In this document: piece after piece, positions 38,193 through 50,182 of the stretch
Numbering within the stretch: the stretch's first letter is position 1
How the letters are laid out: the number at the start of each line of letters is the position of its first letter
Origin: Protoeuglena noctilucae
Lineage: Eukaryota
Length of the DNA stretch: 64,000 nucleotides
Direction of reading: 5' to 3'
NCBI GenBank assembly: GCA_958009085.1
Contig: OY253680.1
Span: 186,001 to 250,000 of the forward strand
The notes under the pieces: model-generated
What the model was told of the DNA's origin: nothing
The model's input: only the letters and a program-made list of their open reading frames with translations
The model's database searches: none
Position numbers and translations under genes: made by a program

Positions 38193-38671
38193 ACTTGCTA
38201 CCTGATCTGGCGCCTCCCAGTGGCCCCGTTTTCTCTCCTGCTTGCCTTTCTTAGGTTGACCTGCCACGCCTGGGTCTCAGTGGCTTGTCAGCGGGCCCAT
38301 GTGTTTTGCCGGCACCGGCATAGGCCCCGTGCCCCGCACATGTGCCAGGGGCGGCGCTCAGGCACACGCACTTGAACGCTTGAAGCTCAGACGCCAGTCT
38401 TCCTTTCGTGAACGGAACGTTCAAAAACAACTGGGTGTTGGTGCACCAGGGCTCGATCCCTCAGTGCCAGGGCTGGTGCGCAAAGGGGGGCTGGGATGCT
38501 GGCCCAGTGGGACGGCCACACACGCAGCCAGGACGGACAGTCGCCACCCAGCCCTCGGAGTAGTGAAAAACAGTGCATGAAGTCAGGCGCACGATCCGAC
38601 GCGCTCGTCGCGCCCGCAGACCGTGTGAACCTTTCCATCCCCTCGCAACCGCCGCCTCACGGGGTACCACC

Positions 38672-40089
<1,418 letters not shown>

Positions 40090-41220
40090 CGGGAGCCAAG
40101 GGGAACGCTCGCGGCCTCGACAAGACTGCGTCGGGACCGGACGCGGCACCCCAGCAAGCAAATTCGCGCACTGCGATCGCAGTAATGACTCGACGGCGCG
40201 GGAGCGGCCGAGCAGGCGCGGGGAGATCAGATAGCCCGGAAATTCGTTGTCCCCGAAGCTGCGCGCCAGAAGCCACCTCTCCCTGGCACCAACCGGCACA
40301 ATTTGAAGCGAACAAAACATCGACGCCGCCGCGACGCGGATGGTGGGCCAGCGCCCCGCTGACGCTGGCCCGACCGTCCCCCAGCACCTTTAGCTGCCGA
40401 GAGGGCGCCGCAGATGGGGCGGGAAGCGTGTGCGGAAATGAGACGGCCGAAAAGAGCGGATGGGGCAGGACGGATGGGCTGGGCGCCCCCCCGTGCCCGC
40501 AATCGGCCGCTCGGCCCTGGAGCCCCAGGAAGCCAGCGCCTGGTCGCGAGGGGCCAATGCGCGGCAGATGCCCCGCAGGATCGCGTCGGCAGGGAGGTCC
40601 CGCTCGCAAATGTCCCGCGAGAGTCGGGCTCGGCGGCCGGCGCGCCCGCGATGCCCGTTCCATGCTGCCGGGGACCCCGCCCACACCCGATGGCAGTCCC
40701 AGCGAAGGATCTTCACCTGAATTTGCCCCATGTGGCTTCTGTATCCGAGCCGGAACGCCGTGGTTGAGAATCCCGCGGAGACGGACCCCGTCATGAGCGC
40801 CATGGCAGAGGCGTGAACAGCCCACCCGGCGCCGCTCGGAGACGCTGTAGCACGCCCCCCGAGCAACTGAACTCACGTCAACCACAACACCTGAGCGTTG
40901 CCGCGGCCGAGCCATCTTGAACTGCTTTTATTTGTGTATGCCCTTGCGCAAGTTGCATCTTCGCCCGGGAGGGACGAAGGCAGCCGTGACTGGGCTCCCT
41001 GGACAGACGCGAGCTTTGCTGAGCGCAGGGAGGAGATCCCCGCGTCTTCGTTTGCGCGAATCCCCTCATCCCTGCTGGGCCCGCTCAAGTCACAGGGCTG
41101 TGCGCGAGTGGCAGTCGCCGGACGCCGCTAGATGCTGAGGACTGAGACGTCGTGAACAAGTCGCGAGCGGAAGGGCCTAACCGGGCGTCCCGCGCCGCCG
41201 GGAGCCCCGCCAAGGCCGCC

Positions 41221-44200
41221 ATGCCGGCCTTTGGCGTGGGCCCTGCGCAAGTCGGGGGGGCCATCCCCGCGGAGGGCATCTACGGCGTTTCCCTCGCCTC
41301 CCAATTCAACGGTGCGTGGCCGCAAGGCGCTGTCGCATGGGCTGGTCAAGCCTGCCACGCCTTGCTGGGCTCCCGTGTGTCCCCCGCGCCACGGGTCAGG
41401 GCCGCGTGGCGTCCCAAGCGCGTCTCATGCGCGACTCGGGGCCCCGGTCCGCTGATCCCGCGCGAGGACGAACAGTCCCGGCGAACGGCCCGTCACGTCC
41501 ACCCCACCCTGCGTTCGCAGACCGCGAGGCCGTTTCGCCGGGCCGCTTCGGGAATGGGCTGGTTGCATCATCGAGTCTGGCGGGACCACGTCCATTCCTG
41601 CGGTCGGAGGCCCGCGCCGGGGATGCGGGGGCACCCCCGTCCGCCCTCCACCTCTACCGGACCCGCAAGGCCGCGCCGCACCGCGCCGACGCCTCCGCTT
41701 CGCGCGGGACCCCCACGCCCGGATTTTTCCAGTCTTCCTCGCCGGCCCGCCGCTGGGACCACGCCTCCGCGGCGCCGCCGTACGGGGAAGCGCGCGCCCC
41801 GCCCCGCACCGCCAACTCCGACGCCCCAGGCAACGCCCAGGCGAGGAGTTCGCTTTCATCGTGCGGCCTACTCGCCGTATGACGCAGTGGCCTTCGAACA
41901 GGACCGCGAGCCGGCCACGCTCGGTCCGTGTCCGCAGTTGAGCCCATGGAGGGGCGGGCGGTACCCCGCAGCCCCCTGGGACATCTGGCCCTGGGCAGCG
42001 GTCTCCCGGCGCGCGAGGACAGCAATCTCTCACGCACACGATGCGACCGGGGTGGGGCGCGGGTCAGGGCGCGGTGGGGCAGGGCTTGGGTCCACCCCGG
42101 CTGGGATGGGCCACCGGGACGGGGCGTGGCGGGCAGGAGGCCAACGCAGGTCCGTCGCGGAGGGACGCCCCGGCTGCGGCGCGGGCCCAGCGCGGGCGGC
42201 AGGGTCCGGCGGCGGGGGGCGAGCCCTTCGGTCGCTCCACCGTGGTCGGGAAGGGCGGGGCTGCGGCCGCCGCGGCCGGCCTGGAGGGTCTCCCGGTGCT
42301 GCCTGTGGACCCCGGCCATCGCGGGGCGACCTACGGGGGCCCGGCGACGGGACCGGCTGCTTGCGCACGGCGGGGTGTCGGGCGCCGTGCCTGGGGGAGG
42401 GTCGTACCCTGCCCCGGGGTCCGCGGCGCGGCTGACGGCCATCTACGGCGCAGCGGCGGGGGTTTCCCGAGCGGGCTCGATGGCGGGCGTGGCGCAGTCG
42501 TACCTGCCCATGCCCCGTCAGCCGCCGGCCGCGGCAGGGCCGTTGCACGTCACGCTGCCGGCGCGGCCGCCTTGGCCCGTGGGGTGCGTCGTCGGTGNNN
42601 NNNNNNNNNNNNNNNNNNNNNNNNNNNNNNNNNNNNNNNNNNNNNNNNNNNNNNNNNNNNNNNNNNNNNNNNNNNNNNNNNNNNNNNNNNNNNNNNNNNN
42701 NNNNNNNNNNNNNNNNNNNNNNNNNNNNNNNNNNNNNNNNNNNNNNNNNNNNNNNNNNNNNNNNNNNNNNNNNNNNNNNNNNNNNNNNNNNNNNNNNAGG
42801 CCGACTTGAAGGCCCGGTACGACATCATGGGGATGGTCGGGGAGGGGGCGTACGGTCTGGTGATGAAGTGCCGGGAGGTGGCCTCGGGGCAGCTGGTGGC
42901 GATCAAGGAATTCAAAGTGGAGGACTCGGACCCGGACGCCAAGGAAGTGCGGCGCACGGGTGAGAGGGAGACGGGGGTTGTTGCAGCTTGCAGTGCCATG
43001 GCAAACGACCTGTTGCATGCCAAAACTTTACTGCGCCGGTTGCAACTGCCCCCCCCCCACCCCCCCTCGTTTGCATAAATGATCGCATGCAAAGCCCCCC
43101 TTGTGTAAGCACGCCTGCCACATCGCCCGCCCCGGCTGCAATCCTCTCTCCCCCCTTCCTGCAGCCAAGCGCGAGGTGGCTCTCATGAAGGAGCTGCAGC
43201 ACGACAATGTGGTAGAGTACATCGACGACTTCTACATCGGCCCTAAGCTCTTCATCGTCATGAAGTTCGTGCCGAGGAACGTCCTGGAGGTCTTGGAGTC
43301 CTCCCCGGGGAACCGACTGCCGCGGGAGACGGGTGAGAGTTGCTTGGGAATGGGTGAATGGATATCGGTGACTGCGCGCTTAGCAGGGGAGACGAATGCC
43401 GCTCCTCCCTGAGCCCCCTAGCACTTCTGCCGCGCCATCGCCGCTCTCCGATCCTCAAGCTGCCCATCTCAGCACCCCACCCACCCACCCTCCTCTCGTC
43501 CCCCGCAGTGCGTCTGCTGCTCTGGCAGCTCTGCCGCGCGATCGCCTTCCTCCACTCCAAGGGCGTGGTGTACCGGGACATCAAGCCGGAGAACATGCTG
43601 CTGTCCGACGAGGGAGAGCTGCGGCTGTGCGACTTTGGATTCGCCAGGCGGCTCGACGTCGAGGGGTGCCCCTGGGGGGGGGTGCACGCAGGCCAACGAC
43701 GCCAAGCTCACCGACTACGGTGAGGGTATGCCTGACTTGCCAGTGAATGTGTTGTCTGTGGATTGTGAATGCGAACCTTTCTTCACAAGTGCTTTGACTG
43801 TGTGAGTGTGCGTATCTGCAAAGGACCCCCGCAGCCCCACAGCCACCCCACTAGTTCTTCACCCACCCACCCCCACCCCACCCCCCCCAGTCGCCACCCG
43901 CTGGTACCATGCCCCCGAGCTCCTCCTGGGCCCTCCCTACCGCCGCCAGGGCCACCAGTGGCGCCCCGCATACGGCTTCGCCGTGGACATGTGGGCCATC
44001 GGGTGCCTGGTGGGAGAGCTCATCGACGGCGACCCCGTGTTTCCTGGCGATAGTGACGTGGACCAACTGGACCGCATCCAGAGCCTCCTGGGCCCGGTCA
44101 TACCCGAGCACCTCGAGCAGTGGCGCAGCAACCCCGCCCACAAGAAGGCCAGCCTGGGCCGGGCGGCGAGCGGGCGCAACACGGCGCTGCACCGGCGCTA

Positions 44201-44354
44201 CATGGGCAAGCTGGGCGCCGCGGAGATGGACTTCATGCTCCGGTGCCTCGATCTGGACCCCTCCCGCCGCATCACCGCCGCAGAGGCGCTCAGCCACCCC
44301 TACTTCGCCGGCCTGGAGTGGCGCGCGCCCCGCCCCGCCAGAAACCACGGCTGA
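41221..44354 (+). CDS. CDKL-type (CMGC) protein kinase with long low-complexity N terminus; assembly gap inside
   Basis: GEGAYG, VAIKEF, YRDIKPEN, CDFGFAR, TDY|VATRWY and FPGDSDVDQL motifs in 42800-44354. Start uncertain; frame problem near 43680. Confidence 0.85.
42598..42797. other. Assembly gap (200 N)
   Basis: Run of n. Confidence 1.
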
Positions 44355-44865
44355 CGCGGGGGCGGGTTCTGCCCTGGCATGGGAGATTGGCATGTTTGAT
44401 ATGTCACTCGTGGCGCGTGGATAGCCGCCGTGACACGGGGGCCCCTCGGTGACACCCCCGTTGGCCGCCCCTGGTGTCTCCCACCTTCTGTGTTCCCAAC
44501 TCCTTTGCTGTTCCACCGACCGTGATTCACGTCGCGTGTATTGGATCTAAGGGCCCTCCCTCGCAGCGCACTGACTCTCTGTCAGGACCACTCAGCGCCA
44601 CTCACTGCCCTGACCCCCACGCCGGTCGCTTTCCGATCCTGGGTTGTGGTCGTGACCATTAGTTCGTGCATACGCGTCTTCTTTTCCAAAGTGACTTCCC
44701 AGCCAGCTCCGGCGCTTGAATGGCCGCAGTCCCTGACTTTTAGTCGGTACTAAGGGAGTGGCACTGGCGATTACAAAGGCAACGCTCTCACAGCCTCGCG
44801 CCGGCCAGCTGCAGTGGTCGCGTATCAATCCTCTAACATAGCCCTAGAAGGAGCCCGGCGACCCC

Positions 44866-47759
44866 TTAGTCGTCGCTGTCGTCTGGTGGTGTCCGGAACT
44901 TGATGAGCGCAAACGCCACGACAACCGTGGCCTCTGCGGTCAAATCAAAGCCCAGGTGGTTGGCGCATGGGTCGCATGGTGCATGGGTCGCATGGCGCAT
45001 GAGTCGCATGGTGCGAACGACGCAGCACTAAGTCATCTTGTCGCCCTTCCTTCACACCCCACCCATCCACTCACCCAGCAGGATGACCAGGACAGGCACA
45101 GCATATCTCGTGTCTCCCCGCCATCCACTCACCCAGCAGGATGACCAGGACAGGCACGACGTATCTCCCCGCATCGTTCCCCATCTGTCGTACCACCGCG
45201 TACCCCACCCAACACTGCGCGACGCCCCCCAGCACCACCAGCCACCCCAGCGTGCGGTGGCCCAATTCAAACACACGTCGTCGACGGTGCAGGGGCTTGT
45301 CCTCTCCCAAAGCCCTCGCGCCCTCGTAGCCCTCTGGCACCTTGGGGCGTGAGAAACCCCACGTCATCTGCGGGGCACACAGGTACATATGTCAAGATCT
45401 GCTCGCCGCCAGTCTAGCGTGCAGACTGCGAGCTTTGCGATCGTGAGTGTGGGTGTAAGTGTGGGTGCGGGTGTGGGTGTTCATGGTCAAGCATTGGATG
45501 GGACTTGCTTGGATCACGGCTGCCGAGAGAAGGGTGAACCCCAGCACGGCGTGGGCACGGCTGAGGGTCCCTGGGTACTTGGGAGACATGACCGTCATGT
45601 AGATGCCTCCTGACACCGCCAGTACCATCGCCAGAGCCTGGACGACCCAGTGGGTGGCAAAGATGCGGTCGCAGCTGCGGGGGTCGCAAGGGCGGCATCG
45701 GATGGTGCTTTGTGCTGGTCGATGCTGTCTCGGTTTGTGCTTTGGAGATGGGCAAGCAATTAGGCAAGCTTGTGCTCTGTGCGGTTCGGTTCGTGCTTCG
45801 TGCTTTGTCGGCAAGCGGTCACTCACGCAAGTCCCTGTGGCAGCCCTCGTCGCGCCAGCATCGCCAGGGAGGCTGAGGGCAGCAGGAAGGCAAAGGGCAG
45901 GGCCAGGAGGCACGCGTGGATGAGGATGATTCTGGCGTTGCGGGTCAGGGGCAAGGACGCGCCACGGCCTGCATGGGCGAAACGAGGCGAAGCGAGGGTG
46001 TGGGAGTTCGGGCCAGCGAACGTGATCGTGGAATGCGATTGCGGAAGCACATGAAGCACCATCAATAAAGAGTTTTAAACATCTCATGCCGCGCCACTCA
46101 CCGATCAGGTCAGGCCCCTCAAACACAAGAGACAGTCGCCCCTTCGCAGCGTGCATCGCGAGCGCCGTCTGTGCCAGCGAACGCCGCTTGGCCGCCTGCC
46201 CCGGCCCCAACGCCCACAGCACGTCGTTGGCCCTCGAAAGGTCCAGCCCGGGCGACTCCTTGGTCGCAATCGTGAACGTGACGGTCATCGTATTGCCCAC
46301 CACCGTCACCGCCCCACCATGCACGGCGACGGCGTCCGTGGGCGTCACCCCATCCACGGTGTACGACGTCATGTGATAGCTCGACACACCGCCCGTCCCT
46401 GGGAAGCCCACCACTGCGTATCCCGGCACCATGTCTCCGGTACTCGACCACCCGAACGCCAGGTATGAGGCTGCAGGGCCCTGCGGAGTCGATCGGACCC
46501 ACCCCATTGTGCCACGAAGCACGGGCCACGCCACCATGCAAGGTGTTGCAATGCAGGGGCCACGTGCCATCTCCTGCCAGGGCAATGCATAATCCGCAAT
46601 CTTGCCTGTAAAGCGAGGGTGATGGCGCCGTTGGGGTCGCGGCGCGCGGCCTGGGCGTCGGACCAGTGCAGCACGACGTCGCTCGCCAGAGGCGCCATAC
46701 AAGCGAAACCACCCAGCGTGGACGGGGTGCTGTATCCGCAGGCGGCAGACAGACCGCCGCTGCTGGAGGGCGGCACGAGCCACGACGGCTGCGTGAAGGC
46801 AGGGACCGGAGTGGGGCTGGCCGACGAGGCGGGCGTGGGCGCTGGGGTGGCCGCTGCCGCTGCCGTGAAGGCAACGCTTCCGGCGTACTGCGCGAAGCGG
46901 TGCTGCCCGGACGCGAGGCCCATCGGGGCCGAGGTGCCCGATCGACCAATTGCCACCCACAGGTTGTTGCCCTGGGTGGCCGAGAGGCTTTTGGCCGGGG
47001 CCTGCGAGGGCGTCGACAGGATTCGATCTGAAACCCCGTCAGTGGTGTTGAAATACGCATATATTGGTAGTGATGGAATGGCTAGCGGGTCTTGATCGAC
47101 GCACGGGCGGCCCTTGGTTGGTGAAAAGGTGAGGTAAGAAGGGGGCAAGCGCTCACGTTGGGTATGCTCAGCGTGAGCGTGGCGCTCCATATCATGACGC
47201 CGTCCTGGGTGCGCGTCTGCGCGTCCGTGATGGTGACGTCCGAGGTGGACACCGGGGTCACGTGGCCCTGCCCGCGGTACGTCCCGACGAAGCCTGGGGC
47301 GCAGCACCGCAAGGAACCGTGGGCACGACTTGCCGTGCCTCGAGAATTGCGCCGGGCGCGCGGGCGGGCCTCACCGGTGCTCCCGTCGTTGTAGCCCAAA
47401 ATAATGTACGAGCCGTCCATGCCGCTCGTGCCCCCGAAAGCCACGGCGGAGTAGCTGCTGGGCTCCGACTCCATCCCCAGCTGCACGGTAGGCTCGACGC
47501 CCGCCGTGGGGATCCAGTGAATGGCCAAGTATGGAGAGGACATGACTTGGAGCTTGCATCCGCCTGCGATGGCGGTCTTCGGTTGTCGGGACGAGGCATC
47601 GGCGCGCAATGATGGGTATTGGGGGGCTTGAGCGCCCAACTTGCCTGGAAATACCGCATCGCTTGGTACGCAAACGGCCAACACTGAGCTCAGCAAGCAG
47701 CCGGCGAGGGCTGCTGCGAAGAGCATCGCAGGCCCCGGCGGGGCCCACGCCCTATCCAT
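44866..47759 (-). CDS. Two DOMON domains plus cytochrome b561 (CYBDOM-type)
   Basis: Signal peptide; DOMON1 (IHW, AVAFGG.SGMDGS, GQH) and DOMON2 (LHW, YLAFGWS..GDMVPG, AMH); b561 with four His (ILIHAC, ATHWVVQ, RAHAVLG, LGHRTLG). Confidence 0.9.
44963..45013. repeat. gcatgg-based intronic tandem repeat (16-nt period)
   Basis: gcgcatgggtcgcatggtgcatgggtcgcatggcgcatgagtcgcatggtgc read directly. Confidence 0.85.
45063..45157. repeat. 37-nt perfect direct repeat of exon end plus donor (45063-45099, 45121-45157)
   Basis: ccatccactcacccagcaggatgaccaggacaggcac occurs twice. Confidence 0.95.
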
Positions 47760-48211
47760 CGGGGCCACCCACAGCTTGAGCGGGGAGGCCCCGCCCCGCC
47801 CACACCCCTCCACTGGCCAAATGCGTCTGCCACTACGCAGAGGGCTGCAGAGTACAGCCTGGTAATCGCGCCGATTGGCCAGGCCTTGCTCAGCAGGGAA
47901 ATCAACGAGCAGGATCACGCGGCACGCGTGCAAGCGATAGGAATACAAGGTCCGGAGAGTGAGGCTCACATGACGCTGCTATCTTGACGGACGCAGCAGC
48001 GAATCTCGCGGCTATGCTTTGCCCGCGCCGCTTGTAAGCACGCAAGAAAGGCATTTCTGAAACCCAGGGCTCCTTTGCGCACGCAAAGCCAACACATCCG
48101 GCATCGGCATCTCTGCCCGCGGCCGCAGCGAGCAAAAGGGGCAACCGGGTACCTCATTAGGGCGGCTCGCCTCAGGGGATTGCACCTCAGTCTCATGCGC
48201 GGCGCGGGCCC

Positions 48212-49385
48212 ATGAAAGCGTGCACGCTGCCCCCCCCCTTGTCGGGGCACTCGTCTTCCTGCTTGTGGTGTGTCCCTTGTGCGCCGTGGGGGCCTCGACG
48301 TGCCTAGCGAGCGATACCGTGTTCGCGGGTAAGAAGGCGCCCCGGCCCCAGCCAGGTGCTTTCTGCGCACGGCAGTCGCATCCCCCGTAAACGTCTGTAC
48401 ATCATGTTGCAGGCGGATGCAAGGTGGTGGTCCGGGACTCGCCGTACGTGGCCATCCACTGGCTGCCGGATGAGGGAGGTGGCACGGTCAAGATTGGCAT
48501 GGAAACGGACTTGAAGCGCTGGTCCGCGTTCTCGTTTGGAGGGAGCACTGGCATGCTGGATTCTTACGGCATCGCAGGGTTCTACGACGGCGTGTCTGCA
48601 GGTGACGGCCTCAGCAGCTGCCCATTCGACCCGCGCCGCGACCCTCCTCGCGCATTCGCCGCGCAGAATCATCAATAGTGCGAGGCATCCTGTATGTGCC
48701 TCTTCCCGGGCCGCGCCGCAGCCTGCACTCGCGCTCCGCGGCTGTGCAGCCGCCTGCATCCGCCCTTTCACGACTGCTGCGCCATAGCCGTGCGACGTCC
48801 GTATCCTTTGCCGGCGCAGGCGGATACCAAGCCTTTTACTCTACGTCCGAATCCGTCACGCCCGGGGGCACCAGCGATTTGGCCGTCGCGGACTTTGTGG
48901 CGGGCGCCCTCAACGGCCGGCTCGTGTGGAGCGCGACGTTAACCCGGGAAATCCCCAACGTGAGTTGCGCAAGCATTTATCCAATCGCCGGCACCTGCGC
49001 CTCGCAGTAGTTTCACACCCCGGGACGTCTCCACCACGCCCGGCGGTGGTATATCCGAGGCTAGAGCGACGGGTCGCAAAGCAAGGGGCCATATCACTCA
49101 TCTGTCTGGTTCCCTCCGTCAAACGGTCCGACACTCACACCTCCGCCTCGCCCGCAGGCGCCCTCCAAGAGCCTCGGCCCAGGGTCCAATGCCTTTTGGT
49201 GGGCCATCCACGGCCAGGCACCCAACCAGGGTGCCACCCTGGGCTTGGCAGCGGGGGAGCACGCGTACGCAGGTGGTCCCGTCGTAATTGACTTCTCCGC
49301 GCGGCCCTCCACGACATCCGCCTCTCCGACCGTGACCCTGTCTGCCGCAGCTGTGGCCGCGTTCGTAGCACTGTCCGTTCTGTGA
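48212..49385 (+). CDS. Single-DOMON secreted protein with GPI-type C-terminal signal; apparent frameshift in a C9 run
   Basis: Four exons paralogous to DOMON1 of the neighbour (SPYVAIHWLP, GGSTGMLDS, WSATLTREIPN, GLAAGEH). Ends PSTTSASPTVTLSAAAVAAFVALSVL*. Confidence 0.8.
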
Positions 49386-50182
49386 CGCTGTGCCCTGACC
49401 TAGGCGACGCCCTCCGCTCGCCACCTAGTTTCGATTGTCTACCATCGCTTTCCACTTTCAAAACGACCACGAGACGGTCTGTACACGCTGCCGTGGAGCC
49501 GACGTCGGAAACGCCGGGCACGCTGCGCTGTTGGCTAGAGTCCCTGGGCGCGACTTGCGGACTGCAGCAGGTGCGGTCCCCCGGGGCTCGATCAGAAACA
49601 CAGTACGCATTGGTCTGACAGCCTGACGGGGAGCCTGGTCAAACGAAGACGTCGCTGAGAACCTCAAAGACGAAGCACGAACCACATATGGCACCACGAG
49701 TGCGAGCGGAGGCGTGTTGGGCGTACACATAGTACCACCTCAGTGACGGCTATACGTGAGCGGACGACAGGGTCGGCTATCTAAGGGTAGGGGTGATCAG
49801 AAATGCGATGGAAAGGAGCGCAGCGATATTGCGAGGTACGGAATGCTCTAATACGACTCTCGGCGAGAGCGGGGAGCAGGGGCGGGGGCGGTAGGAGAGG
49901 GGAGGGGGCAGGGCGTCACTCGAGATGGTGACGGTGGGTGGAAAGCGCTACGGGAAGCGAATGCATCACGACGCCGCAGGCATGGGCGAACAGGGTGCAT
50001 CACTCTGTCGCAAGCCATTCGGTGGCGTCAGGGAGCGGGAATCACCAAGGCCCTCGGGACTAGTCGATGAGGACCCATCAGGACCTGATAACTCGTCAAT
50101 CAGAGCCCACCAGGACCCACCAGGACCCATTGAAGTTGGTCCGTAGAGACCGACCCATGAGTTCCGGTCTCAGAGCCGGCTG

